From positions 32,001 through 96,000 of the forward strand of contig CAVXXK010000006.1 of the NCBI GenBank assembly GCA_963765675.1: a stretch of DNA of 64,000 bases, in the 5' to 3' direction. This DNA comes from an uncultured delta proteobacterium. GTDB taxonomy: Bacteria; Desulfobacterota; Binatia; Binatales; Binataceae. The notes under the pieces were generated by a model. It did not search any database. It was not told the origin of the DNA and worked only from the letters and a program-made list of their open reading frames with translations. The position numbers and the translations under genes are program-made. Positions 9,402 to 19,927 of the stretch are shown piece by piece (positions within the stretch are counted from its first letter, which is position 1; the number at the start of each line of letters is the position of its first letter).

Positions 9402-10360
9402 TGCCGCGCGTATCGGTAATCATCTCGGCGTACAACGCGGCTGACACGATAGGGCAGGCGCTCGAGAGCGCGTTCGCGCAGAGCTTCAAAGACTACGAAG
9501 TTATACTGATCGATGACGGATCGACTGACGCGCTCGACGTTGCGATAGAGCCGTATCGCGATCGCGTTAATCTCATCCGCCAGAGAAACCGCGGTATCTC
9601 TGCCGCCAAGAATGCCGGTGCCGCCGCCGCGTCGGGCGACTACCTGGCATTCCTCGACGCCGACGACATCTGGATGCCCGAGCGGCTGGCGAGGACGGTC
9701 GCGGTGCTCGAAGCGGACCCGCGATGCGTGCTGGTTTCGGCTGGCGCGATGACAATCGACAAGGACGGAACTCCCAGCGTGGAGTACTCGATCGAACGCG
9801 CCGGAAGCGTATCGCCGGGGCTTACCGATATCGTTTCGGGAAAGACGGAAATCAAGGTGAGCTCGATTCTGATCCGCCGCGGAGTTTTCGAACGCGTCGG
9901 CGGTTTCGATGAGGCCGCGTTCGGACGCCTGCGCGGCGGCGAAGGATCGTATCTCTACTCGCTTGCGACCGAGCACGGCACGATCCGGATTGTGCCCGAG
10001 GCGTTGGTGAAATATCGCGCGGAGCTGACGCGCAATCGGATGTGGAAATACGAGCATGGCCGCCGCATCCTGATTCGCAAATGGCGCAAGCGCTATGGCG
10101 GAAAAATCAAGTCCGCGCTCAGGATTCAAATCCGGGCGTGGGTACGGGCGTGGAACCAGATGGGAATCACGGCGACCGAACGCGGCAATTTGAAGGCCGC
10201 CCGGGCCGCATTTCGCGCCGCGCTGCGGCTTGAACCGTGGAACTGGCGCGTGCGGGCGCGGATGATGCGGACCTATCTTCCGCCGCGGATGGTGGCGCGG
10301 ATGGCCGATCGGCGTGCCGAGCGCAAACGGGTCTCTCGCGCGTCGCGAGCGAAAACATGA
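9401..10360 (+). CDS. GT2 glycosyltransferase 1
   Basis: VSVIISAYN, DDGSTD, FLDADD, GGFDE; TGATG coupling with upstream gene. Confidence 0.9.
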   Translation: MPRVSVIISAYNAADTIGQALESAFAQSFKDYEVILIDDGSTDALDVAIEPYRDRVNLIRQRNRGISAAKNAGAAAASGDYLAFLDADDIWMPERLARTVAVLEADPRCVLVSAGAMTIDKDGTPSVEYSIERAGSVSPGLTDIVSGKTEIKVSSILIRRGVFERVGGFDEAAFGRLRGGEGSYLYSLATEHGTIRIVPEALVKYRAELTRNRMWKYEHGRRILIRKWRKRYGGKIKSALRIQIRAWVRAWNQMGITATERGNLKAARAAFRAALRLEPWNWRVRARMMRTYLPPRMVARMADRRAERKRVSRASRAKT

Positions 10361-11238
10361 AACCGCGCGAAGCGGAAGAGCCCCGTGCGATGCGGCTGCC
10401 GGACTTTATCGCGGTCGGACCGGGACGAACCGCAACCACATGGCTGCATGAGAAGCTCAAGGGCCACGCCGACCTTCCGGCGGGAATCAAGGAAACCGAT
10501 TTTTTCACCACCAACTACGCCAAGGGAATCGATTGGTACGCGCGCCATTTCCGCTACGCCTCGGGCGCGCTGCCGGTCGGCGAAGTGAATCCGTATTTCG
10601 GATTTCCCGAGGCTGCGGAGCGTATTTACCGGCATATTCCGGGCTGCAAGATCATCTGCACGTTTCGCAATCCGGCCGAGCGAATCTATTCGTCGTACAA
10701 ACTCTGGCGGCATTACACGCAGACCAACCTGCCGATGGAGGAATTCCTGGTAAAGGTGCCGCAGATTATCGAGGTTACGCGCTACGCGAAGCATCTGCCC
10801 GACTGGCAATCGCGCTTTGGCGCCGAGCGAGTGCTGGTGCTACTGAACGATGACTTGCGCGCGGACCCGCAGGCGTTTCTCGACCGAGCGAGCGATTTTA
10901 TCGGGATCGCGCGGTATCCGGTGCCCAGCGCCGGTCCGGAAATGATCAATTCAATTGACGACCTGCCGCGCTATCCGCATATCGCGCGCCGCGCACGCCA
11001 TCTGATGGATTGGCTTGAAGAACGGCAAGCGTACGCGGTCATCAACGGTCTCGAAAGCGCGGGGGTGTGGCGATGGTGCTTTGGCGGTGGCGCGAAGTTC
11101 GGCCCGATCGATCCGAAGCTCGAAGCGCAACTGCACGAACTGCTTCTGCCCGATATCGAGGCGCTGGAAAAAATGCTGGGCCGCGATCTCACTGCGTGGA
11201 AGGGCCGAACTGCCGAGCGGCGCGATCGGTTAACCTGA
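10357..11238 (+). CDS. PAPS-dependent sulfotransferase 2
   Basis: PDFIAVGPGRTATTWL, KETDFF, RNPAERIYS; ATGA overlap. Confidence 0.9.
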   Translation: MKPREAEEPRAMRLPDFIAVGPGRTATTWLHEKLKGHADLPAGIKETDFFTTNYAKGIDWYARHFRYASGALPVGEVNPYFGFPEAAERIYRHIPGCKIICTFRNPAERIYSSYKLWRHYTQTNLPMEEFLVKVPQIIEVTRYAKHLPDWQSRFGAERVLVLLNDDLRADPQAFLDRASDFIGIARYPVPSAGPEMINSIDDLPRYPHIARRARHLMDWLEERQAYAVINGLESAGVWRWCFGGGAKFGPIDPKLEAQLHELLLPDIEALEKMLGRDLTAWKGRTAERRDRLT

Positions 11239-11251
11239 GGTCGGCGGACCG

Positions 11252-12160
11252 ATGCCACGAGTCTCGGTAATAATTCCGGTCTTCAACGGCGCCGCGACGA
11301 TCGGCAGAGTTATCGAGTGCGTGCTCGCGCAGAGCGCCGGTGCGGACGAGATCATCTGCGTCGATGACGGCTCGACCGACGGCTCGGCCGACGTCGCGCG
11401 CGTATACGGCGATCGGGTCCGCGTGGTTACGCAGCGCAATGCCGGCCAGGCGACTGCGCGCAACGCGGGGGCGCGCGCTTCGAGCGGCGAATTTATAGTC
11501 TTTCTCGATGCCGACGACCTCTTGCGGCCCGCGATGTTCGAGCGATGTCTGGACGCGCTGCGCGCAAACCCGCAATGCGTGCTTGTATACACCAATGCCG
11601 AAATTATCGACGAGAGCGGGAAGATCGTCCGCGAATCGATGGTCGCGCCGGATCGCGCGCGGCCGCCCTCGATGGAGGATCTGCTCGGGCGCATCTGGCC
11701 GATCGTCCCGAGCACGGCGATGATGCGGCGGACGGCGTTTAAGGCGAGCGGCGGATTCGATCAGGCGCTGCGCGGTCCCGAGGACATCTTCTTCTGGCTG
11801 GTGCTGCGAGAAACGGGGCCGTTCTTCTATATCCCCGAAGTTCTGGTGGCGAAGACCGAGTACGGGCTGTTTCCCAAGGTGCTCGAACGCGACCCGGGCG
11901 CGCGAGCATTTGCGCGAGCGGTGCGAAATCGTTACGGCCTACGCGCCCGCGGACTGCTCGGCGACTTCCATCACATGAGAGCGCGGCTGCTCGAGCGCTG
12001 TGCCGTCGAGGCGATCGCCGCGGGCGAGCCGGCGATGGCAAGACAGTGCTATCTGCGCGCGCTGGCCTACGCGCCGGGGCGGATCAAGAACTACCGGCGA
12101 TTGCTGGCAACCCTTTTCTCGCGCGGACAGGGCGCGCCGGCCGCCGGCGCGAACCGGTGA
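11252..12160 (+). CDS. GT2 glycosyltransferase 2
   Basis: VSVIIPVFN, DDGSTD, FLDADD, GGFD..PED. Confidence 0.9.
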   Translation: MPRVSVIIPVFNGAATIGRVIECVLAQSAGADEIICVDDGSTDGSADVARVYGDRVRVVTQRNAGQATARNAGARASSGEFIVFLDADDLLRPAMFERCLDALRANPQCVLVYTNAEIIDESGKIVRESMVAPDRARPPSMEDLLGRIWPIVPSTAMMRRTAFKASGGFDQALRGPEDIFFWLVLRETGPFFYIPEVLVAKTEYGLFPKVLERDPGARAFARAVRNRYGLRARGLLGDFHHMRARLLERCAVEAIAAGEPAMARQCYLRALAYAPGRIKNYRRLLATLFSRGQGAPAAGANR

Positions 12161-12168
12161 GAGCCGCG

Positions 12169-13101
12169 ATGGGTGCGCGGGTTACGGTTATCGTGCCGGT
12201 TTACAACGGCGCCGCGACGATCGGGTCCGCGCTCGACAGTATTCTTGCGCAATCGTTTACGGATTTTGAGATCGTCGCGGTTGATGACGGCTCGACCGAC
12301 GACTCGAGGTCGGTGCTGGAACGCTATCAGCCGCGGGTGCGCGTGTTGACGCAGCGCAACCACGGACCGTCGGCGGCGCGCAACTTTGGTGTCGCCAACT
12401 CGTCGGGCGAGTATCTGGGCTTCCTCGACGCCGACGATCTCTGGCGCCCCGCATTTCTCGAACGCACGGTCGCGGCGCTGGATAGGGACGCGGCCAGCGT
12501 GCTCGCCTATACCGATCTCGAACTCGCCGACAGTACAGGTAGACTGATGGGCACGCGGCTGATCGGAGCGCGCGGCGTTCCCAGTCTGAATGACATGCTC
12601 GAGCGGCTGTGGCCGATTCTGCCGAGCTCGGTTTTGATGCGGCGCGACGCATTCGAGCGCGCGGGCGGATTTCCCGAAGCATTGACCAGTTTCGAGGACG
12701 TTTATTTCTGGCTGCTCGCGCGCGAGCAGGGCGGCTTCAGCTATATAGATGAGCCGCTGGCAGTATGGCGCTTCGCGCTGTTTCCGGCGCCGCTCAAACC
12801 GGCGGGCGGACAGGAAGCGGCGGGGCGGATCTTCGACGAGATGCTGCAGCGGCGCTACGGCGTGCGCGGACTTGCGCATGTGGCTGCTCGCGAGCGCGCG
12901 CCGCGCAGTATCCTCGGCTATATCGGGTTGCACGCGCTCGCGCATGGCGATCAGCAGACCGCGCGGCGCGCGTTCGGTGCGGCGCTGCGGACCGATCCGT
13001 GGCGGCTGAAAAATTATTTTCGCTATGCGCGTACCTATCTGCCCGGTCCCGTCGCGCGTGCTCTGTCGGGCGGCAGGACGAACGGTTTCGAGCGGAAATA
13101 G
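12169..13101 (+). CDS. GT2 glycosyltransferase 3
   Basis: VTVIVPVYN, DDGSTD, FLDADD, GGF..FED; alternative GTG start at 12157. Confidence 0.9.
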   Translation: MGARVTVIVPVYNGAATIGSALDSILAQSFTDFEIVAVDDGSTDDSRSVLERYQPRVRVLTQRNHGPSAARNFGVANSSGEYLGFLDADDLWRPAFLERTVAALDRDAASVLAYTDLELADSTGRLMGTRLIGARGVPSLNDMLERLWPILPSSVLMRRDAFERAGGFPEALTSFEDVYFWLLAREQGGFSYIDEPLAVWRFALFPAPLKPAGGQEAAGRIFDEMLQRRYGVRGLAHVAARERAPRSILGYIGLHALAHGDQQTARRAFGAALRTDPWRLKNYFRYARTYLPGPVARALSGGRTNGFERK

Positions 13102-13170
13102 CCGCTTGTTAGGCTGGGTGCGAGTTGTTAGCTTCGCGCCCGATGTCCATAGAACGGGAACGCGCTACTA

Positions 13171-14052
13171 GTGACGGCATCGTCTGAACTGCGGCGACTG
13201 CCGGATTTTATCGGCGTCGGTCCGCCGCGCACTGCGACCACCTGGCTTTACGAGGTATTGCAGGGGCGGGTTGGATTTTCAGATTTCCGCAAGGAAACCG
13301 ATTTTTTCACGCGTTTTTACGGCCGCGGCCTCGACTGGTATCTGCAATATTTCGCCGGATGCCCGCGCGGCCTGCCGATGGGCGAGATGTCGCCGCTGTA
13401 CTTCGCGTCCGACGCCGCGCGGGAGCGGATCCGTAGCGCTATCCCGCGCTGCAAGATCATTTGCACCTTTCGCGATCCGGTCGATCGCGCGTGGTCGCAT
13501 TGGCGGCTGATCGTGCGCAACATGTGGACCCGGCTCGAGTTCGAGCAGGCGGCGGCGAGCCACCGCGACATCCGCGAAGCGAGCCGCTATGGCCATTACA
13601 CGGCCGAATGGATCGCGAGCTTCGGCCGCGACAACGTATTGCTGATGTTCTATGAGGATCTCGAGCGCGATCCACAAGGATTCGTCGATCAGTTCTGCGA
13701 CTTTGTCGGCGCACCGCGATTTGCGCTGAGCGATTCTCCGGCCGCGCAAGAGCGGGTGCATTCGGTGCCCTCGCGCCCGCGCCATCCGAAAGTCGCGCGC
13801 GCGGTCCGCGACATCAGGTCATGGCTGAACGACCGCCGGATGCATCGCGCGGCCAGGCTCATCCGGGACAGCCCCCTGTGGCGCTACTCCTTCGAGGGCG
13901 GAGAGCCTTTCGCGCCGCCATCGCCGGAAGTTGACGCGCGCGTGCGAGCGGCGCTGCGGCCGGAGGTCGAGATGCTCGAGCAGTTAAGTGGGCGCGATCT
14001 CTCCGCGTGGAAGATCGGAGGCGCGCGTGTCCAAAAACAAAACGCCGGCTAG
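13171..14052 (+). CDS. PAPS-dependent sulfotransferase 3
   Basis: PDFIGVGPPRTATTWL, KETDFF, RDPVDRAWS. Confidence 0.9.
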   Translation: MTASSELRRLPDFIGVGPPRTATTWLYEVLQGRVGFSDFRKETDFFTRFYGRGLDWYLQYFAGCPRGLPMGEMSPLYFASDAARERIRSAIPRCKIICTFRDPVDRAWSHWRLIVRNMWTRLEFEQAAASHRDIREASRYGHYTAEWIASFGRDNVLLMFYEDLERDPQGFVDQFCDFVGAPRFALSDSPAAQERVHSVPSRPRHPKVARAVRDIRSWLNDRRMHRAARLIRDSPLWRYSFEGGEPFAPPSPEVDARVRAALRPEVEMLEQLSGRDLSAWKIGGARVQKQNAG

Positions 14053-14098
14053 ATACCTAATGCCGGCGTGTGAATATGAAATCCAAGCGCGGTGCGGT

Positions 14099-15292
<1,194 letters not shown>

Positions 15293-15623
15293 CGTATGTA
15301 CCCCCCGCGGTGTCCCCGCCGCGAGTCTCTACTTTCTGTCGCAAAGACAGAGCTACATGTTGTAGGAAAATCATATATGCGAGGCGCAACGTTCCTGTCA
15401 AGTGCGATGGCAAAATTTTATGGACTCGTTTGTGTCTTGATGAGTTGTACTTGCTGCTGCCATCGCTATCGTAAGCGCCCAAAAAACGCTTGAGGCGCGT
15501 CAAGCCACGACAAGCCGCGAAGCCCGTGGAATTTTTACGCGCCCGGTGGGGCAGGGCGCGATGGTGAAGGCGACGCGGACTTCCAATGCGTCCGAATCCC
15601 TGTAAACATCGCAATTCCACGGC

Positions 15624-15697
15624 GAGCCGTTAGCTCAGGCAGGTAGAGCATCTGACTTTTAATCAGAGGGTCCCGGGTTCGAGTCCCGGACGGCTCA
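15624..15697 (+). tRNA. tRNA-Lys(TTT), CCA not encoded
   Basis: Acceptor GAGCCGT/ACGGCTC, TAGCTCAG D-arm, TCTGA-CTTTTAA-TCAGA anticodon arm, GGTTCGAGTCC T-arm. Confidence 0.95.
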
Positions 15698-15933
15698 CTT
15701 AAAAACCCTTTTAGGTTCAAAACTTTTTCTATGGAATTGTCGCCGTTGGTTGAGCGAGCGCGGCTTGAAATTTGAGGCGTTTCTGTCCGAGGAAGTCTGT
15801 ATCGCCTACGGACCTGGTCTACGGGGTGGGGCGAGTAGACCACAGATCAGCCCAAACTCAGGATTCGGCATGTATATGAGGCCGGCGGCGAGGCGTTCTT
15901 TGGCCTGTGGCCGCCGGCCGTGTGATCCGTGTT

Positions 15934-16080
15934 TTATAGACGGCCGGTCAGGAGCAATATGATCAGAATAATGATCACGATCCCGCCGATTCCGAAGCCG
16001 CCGTATGGTCCATAAGCGTAGTAACCGCCACCACCGCCGAAAATCAGAATCAAGATCAGTATTAGTAGTAAGGGTGACAT
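15934..16080 (-). CDS. 48-aa membrane protein, DUF3309-like
   Basis: Not in ORF track: MSPLLLILILILIFGGGGGYYAYGPYGGFGIGGIVIIILIILLLTGRL; AGGAGGAG RBS. Confidence 0.85.
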   Translation of the reverse strand: MSPLLLILILILIFGGGGGYYAYGPYGGFGIGGIVIIILIILLLTGRL

Positions 16081-16174
16081 AAGCTCCTCCTGCGAAACTC
16101 GACAACTTCTAGGGTTTATCTACCATCGGACGCGCTAGCATCCGTTTTAACAAGTGGCTAATCGCAAGCTCATC

Positions 16175-18106
16175 TCAGTTGCTCTCCGCCTCGGTTCGTT
16201 CTTGAGTTACACTCGCCGGGGCTGGCTCCTTGGTCTCGGCGGCCGGCTCCTCAGCCGGTGCGGTCTTCATAGTGAAACCCGGCAGCCCCTTTGAAGGCAC
16301 GCCGACGCGTGATCTCGCGCGCTGCAACGCGTAGCGCCTGACGGTGCGGCGCGCCTGTTCCAGCGTTGCGCTGACTTCGAAGCATCCTGCGGCGAGAAGC
16401 TCTGCGATATGGCCATTGGCGGCGCCGCCGCCGGCCAGGATTATCTGGTTGGGCAGCGCGGACTTGATCGACCGGACCAGGTCGAGCGTTGCCGGGATGC
16501 ACTCCGTGCAGGTGCATGAAATACAAATGATATTGGGAAAAAAGCGCTTGGCGAATTCCTCGATCTCGGCGGCGCTCTTTCCGTCGCCCAGAAAAGTCGC
16601 GGCAACCCCGTCCTGGCGCAGGAGCTCCAAAAGAATCTTCAACCCCAACGTATGAAGCTCGCCGGGAGCGCATACGCCCACCACCCGGAGCGGCGGAATC
16701 AGAAGCGGGCGATTGAATCGGCTGCCGAGCTCTCCCACCAGGCCTTCGGTGGTATCGACAATGAATTTCTGATTCTCGGGGCTGATATGATCGTCGGAAC
16801 GCTCCTGCTCCATCAGGGCCAGTGCTGGAAGGATTACGTCGTTAAGAGTGGGTTCGAGGCCGTTTTCGTCGCAATATTCCACCACCAGGGCGCGCGCTCC
16901 GTCGCGATCGATCTCGAGGAGCTTGCGGTAGTAGTCGTGATAGTCCTCGAGCTTCCGGTCCGCGCCGAGCAGGACGGTCAGAAAACTCAGTGCGGGAATA
17001 TAGTCGCCCGCCACCTTCAGGCAGGAGGTCAGAGGTGTTGCCAGGAGCAGACCCGGCAGCCCCCACAGCCACGCCCAGAACATCGCCGAGACCAGCAACG
17101 CCAACGGAGAGAGGCCAATTCCACGTCCGATCAGAAAAGGCTCGACGAACTGCGACGCCACCTGGTCGAGAATCACGAACGCCGCAAATACTTCGAGGCA
17201 CTGGGACCATCCTGGAAAAACGGCGAACGCGACCACGGTCGGCAATACCGCGGAAGTCAACGCGCCGACGTAAGGGATAAACCGCAGCAGAAAGGCCAGC
17301 GCCCCCCAGAAGGCAGGATTAGGCAGTCCGAGCAGCCACATCACGATTCCGATCGAGACGCCGTATCCGAAATTAACCAGTGAGAAGAGCAGCAGGTACT
17401 GAGAAACGGTGCTGCCTGCAGTCGCTATCGCCTCCGCGGCGAGGGTGACGCGAATCCTGGCGGTAAGGCGTACGAGACGATCGCGCACGTCTTCGCGCCC
17501 ATAGAGCAGAAAAAAGAACAAGACGATTACGAGCAGGACTTGGGCGAGTCCGGACAGCAACGGAAGGATCGGCTTCAGCACCTGCTCGGCGGCCGACGAC
17601 TCAGCGGGTGCCTGAACCACGGTTTGGGTTTTCTTATGTTCCGGCTTCGCCTGCTGAAGCCGCCGCTCGACGTTCTTTACGCCGTACTCGATACTTGCCA
17701 GCCAGTCCGGCGTAGCTCCTTGAAGCGAATTGATCTTGGCCGCGATATTTTCCGAGTGGTCGGTTACGTTCACCGCAACCGCGGTGAGTTGGACCGCCAG
17801 AAAATAGGCCAATACCGCGATCGCGATTATCGCGGTAGCGACGACCAGGGCGGAGCTGGCGAATCTGCCGATAAAACGCTCGAGGCGAGTCGCGATCGGG
17901 CTGAAGATCACCGACAACACGCCCGCCATCGCAAGCGGCATCAGCACGTCTTTCGCAAAATAGAGGACCGCCGTGGCGATGATGATGCCGAGCAGGGGAG
18001 TTGCCGCTCCCGATGAGGACGCCGTCGCCGGCGAGGACGAAAAGGATTCACCCGCCTCGCCGGACGGGGGCGGGAGCGGCGGGGTGGTTTCGTCCATCGG
18101 TGGCAT
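16175..18106 (-). CDS. AI-2E family permease with C-terminal helical cap and cobalamin-binding domain
   Basis: AI-2E motifs LRFIPYVG, EPFLIGRGIGLSP, WAWLWGLPGLLLATPLT; C-terminal GELHTLG...FLG...ISCT...LAGGG. Confidence 0.85.
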   Translation of the reverse strand: MPPMDETTPPLPPPSGEAGESFSSSPATASSSGAATPLLGIIIATAVLYFAKDVLMPLAMAGVLSVIFSPIATRLERFIGRFASSALVVATAIIAIAVLAYFLAVQLTAVAVNVTDHSENIAAKINSLQGATPDWLASIEYGVKNVERRLQQAKPEHKKTQTVVQAPAESSAAEQVLKPILPLLSGLAQVLLVIVLFFFLLYGREDVRDRLVRLTARIRVTLAAEAIATAGSTVSQYLLLFSLVNFGYGVSIGIVMWLLGLPNPAFWGALAFLLRFIPYVGALTSAVLPTVVAFAVFPGWSQCLEVFAAFVILDQVASQFVEPFLIGRGIGLSPLALLVSAMFWAWLWGLPGLLLATPLTSCLKVAGDYIPALSFLTVLLGADRKLEDYHDYYRKLLEIDRDGARALVVEYCDENGLEPTLNDVILPALALMEQERSDDHISPENQKFIVDTTEGLVGELGSRFNRPLLIPPLRVVGVCAPGELHTLGLKILLELLRQDGVAATFLGDGKSAAEIEEFAKRFFPNIICISCTCTECIPATLDLVRSIKSALPNQIILAGGGAANGHIAELLAAGCFEVSATLEQARRTVRRYALQRARSRVGVPSKGLPGFTMKTAPAEEPAAETKEPAPASVTQERTEAESN

Positions 18107-18190
18107 GCTGGTCAGCGAGTTTGGATACCCTCCATATGGTATCTCCGGTCAGCGGCGATTGTCTTAAAAAACTTCGCGAACAGGGTTGGC

Positions 18191-18220
18191 TTGACATTAT
18201 CCTATCCAGGGGGATAGGTT
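18191..18220 (+). promoter_or_regulatory. Sigma-70 promoter overlapped by an RcnR/CsoR-type G-tract operator
   Basis: TTGACA 18191, TAGGTT 18215, palindrome CCTATCC-AGGG-GGATAGG 18201-18218. Confidence 0.75.
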
Positions 18221-18227
18221 GAGCGGC

Positions 18228-18494
18228 ATGATTCACGCGACTCATCCCGACATCATTAACCGTCTAAAACGCGCCGACGGACACCTCCGAACAATCATCG
18301 ACATGATTGAAGCCAAGCGTGAGTGCCTGGACGTTGCCCAGCAGCTTCACGCGGTCGAGAAGGCGCTCGGGATCGCCAAGCGGGTCTATATTCAGGACCA
18401 TATCGATAACTGTATCGAAGAAGCGGTCGGCGCGATCCCCCGCGATGCGCGCGGTTCACTCTCCGAATTCCGGGAAATCACCAAATATCTGTGA
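18228..18494 (+). CDS. CsoR/RcnR/NreA-family metal-sensing repressor
   Basis: RLKRADGHL, CLDVAQQLHAV, DHIDNC, ITKYL. Confidence 0.9.
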   Translation: MIHATHPDIINRLKRADGHLRTIIDMIEAKRECLDVAQQLHAVEKALGIAKRVYIQDHIDNCIEEAVGAIPRDARGSLSEFREITKYL

Positions 18495-18498
18495 GCGG

Positions 18499-19521
18499 AT
18501 GACTAAAGTCCGCTTTGTGGGCGAGCCGATGGACGAGCTGGGGCTGCACGCACATCATCATCCGCACGAGGATGGACGTGACGCGAAGCACGCGCACGTC
18601 CATGGCATCGCGGATCCGGCTTACGCCAGCACTGCGCGCGGACTGGTGGCGCTCAAGTGGTCGGTAGCGGTCCTGGGAATCGCCGCCTTGTTGCAACTGG
18701 CGGTCGTGATGCTCTCGGGCAGCGTTGCGGTGCTGGCGGACACGATTCACAACGCCGCCGACGCATGCACGGCGATTCCACTGGGGATCGCGTTCCTGCT
18801 GATGCGCCGAAAGCCGACCGCGCGGTTCACCTACGGCTACGGGCGGATCGAAGACCTGGCCGGGGTCGTGATTGTCGCGATCATTTTCGCAAGTGCGCTG
18901 GCCGCCGGGTACGAAGCGGCGCGGAGGTTGATCGAGCCGCAGCAGATCGCGGCATTGGGCGCGGTTGCGATTGCCGGGGTGATCGGCTTCGTTGCGAATG
19001 AGGCCGCCGCAGTCATCCGGATCAGCGCCGGCCGCGAGATTAACAGCGCTGCTCTGATCGCCGACGGCTACCACGCGCGGATCGATGGCCTGGCGAGTCT
19101 GGCGGTCACGGTCGGGGCGATTGCAGTCAAGCTGGGCTTTCCGAGGGCTGATCCGATTATTGGTCTCGCGATTGCCGTGGTAATTCTGGGGATCGTCTGG
19201 CAATCCGCATCCGCGGTCTTCACCCGCCTGCTTGACGGCGTGGAACCAGACCTGGTCACCACGATGCACGATGCGGGTGAGCGGGTTGCGGGAATTCGCG
19301 GCGTGCACCAACCTCGCGCGCGCTGGCTGGGGCATCGCCTGCACGCCGAAGCCGATATCGCAGTGGACGCTGCGCTCTCGGCTCACGATTGCGTGGAGAT
19401 CGCCGAGCGGTTCAGGCAAGAGGTCAAGCGGCATTTGCCAGCCCTTGCGGATCTGCACGTAGGAATCGTGGAGGAGAAATCTTCGGACAAGAGCCGTAGT
19501 GGTTTGGAGCCGGTAGGGTAG
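18499..19521 (+). CDS. Cation diffusion facilitator with His-rich N-terminus
   Basis: HAHHHPHE, LADTIHNAAD, FTYGYGRIED, ADGYHARID, ADP; start could be 18529. Confidence 0.9.
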   Translation: MTKVRFVGEPMDELGLHAHHHPHEDGRDAKHAHVHGIADPAYASTARGLVALKWSVAVLGIAALLQLAVVMLSGSVAVLADTIHNAADACTAIPLGIAFLLMRRKPTARFTYGYGRIEDLAGVVIVAIIFASALAAGYEAARRLIEPQQIAALGAVAIAGVIGFVANEAAAVIRISAGREINSAALIADGYHARIDGLASLAVTVGAIAVKLGFPRADPIIGLAIAVVILGIVWQSASAVFTRLLDGVEPDLVTTMHDAGERVAGIRGVHQPRARWLGHRLHAEADIAVDAALSAHDCVEIAERFRQEVKRHLPALADLHVGIVEEKSSDKSRSGLEPVG

Positions 19522-19526
19522 CCGCG

Positions 19527-19901
19527 CTAACGCATCAGGAGAAGATAGCCGGCCAACGCGAGACCCATCGCCGCCAGCACCAGAGCGATCGCGATTCCGA
19601 GCGTGGATGGACGCCCGAAATGCTCGCCACCATTTAGCTGCCTGATGAGCCGCGTGTGATGCACCGCCGCGGCGATGTTGACCGCGACCCCGGCCAGCAG
19701 CAGCGCAATTCCACCCCACAGCGACATCCCGGTGGGCTCCAGCGCCTGTGCGTGCGTGGTCATCGCAATCTCGCGCAGGAACAGGCCAAATCGCGCGACT
19801 ACAAAACCGAACCCCATCAGCGCAAGGCCGGTCCGAATCCAGGCGAGAAACGTGCGCTCAGCGGCCAGATAGTCGCTTGCGGTAGCTTGCGGCTGTGGCA
19901 T
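19527..19901 (-). CDS. YidH/DUF202 membrane protein
   Basis: LAAERTFLAWIRTGLALMGFGFVVARF. Confidence 0.9.
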   Translation of the reverse strand: MPQPQATASDYLAAERTFLAWIRTGLALMGFGFVVARFGLFLREIAMTTHAQALEPTGMSLWGGIALLLAGVAVNIAAAVHHTRLIRQLNGGEHFGRPSTLGIAIALVLAAMGLALAGYLLLMR

Positions 19902-19927
19902 CCGTTAAGTGGCAGCGATGCCCAGGC

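Noticed and set aside
13143-13190. Fifth frameshift at the start of sulfotransferase 3
   Set aside because: Upstream ATG is out of frame, but GTG 13171 already gives a length matching the paralogs
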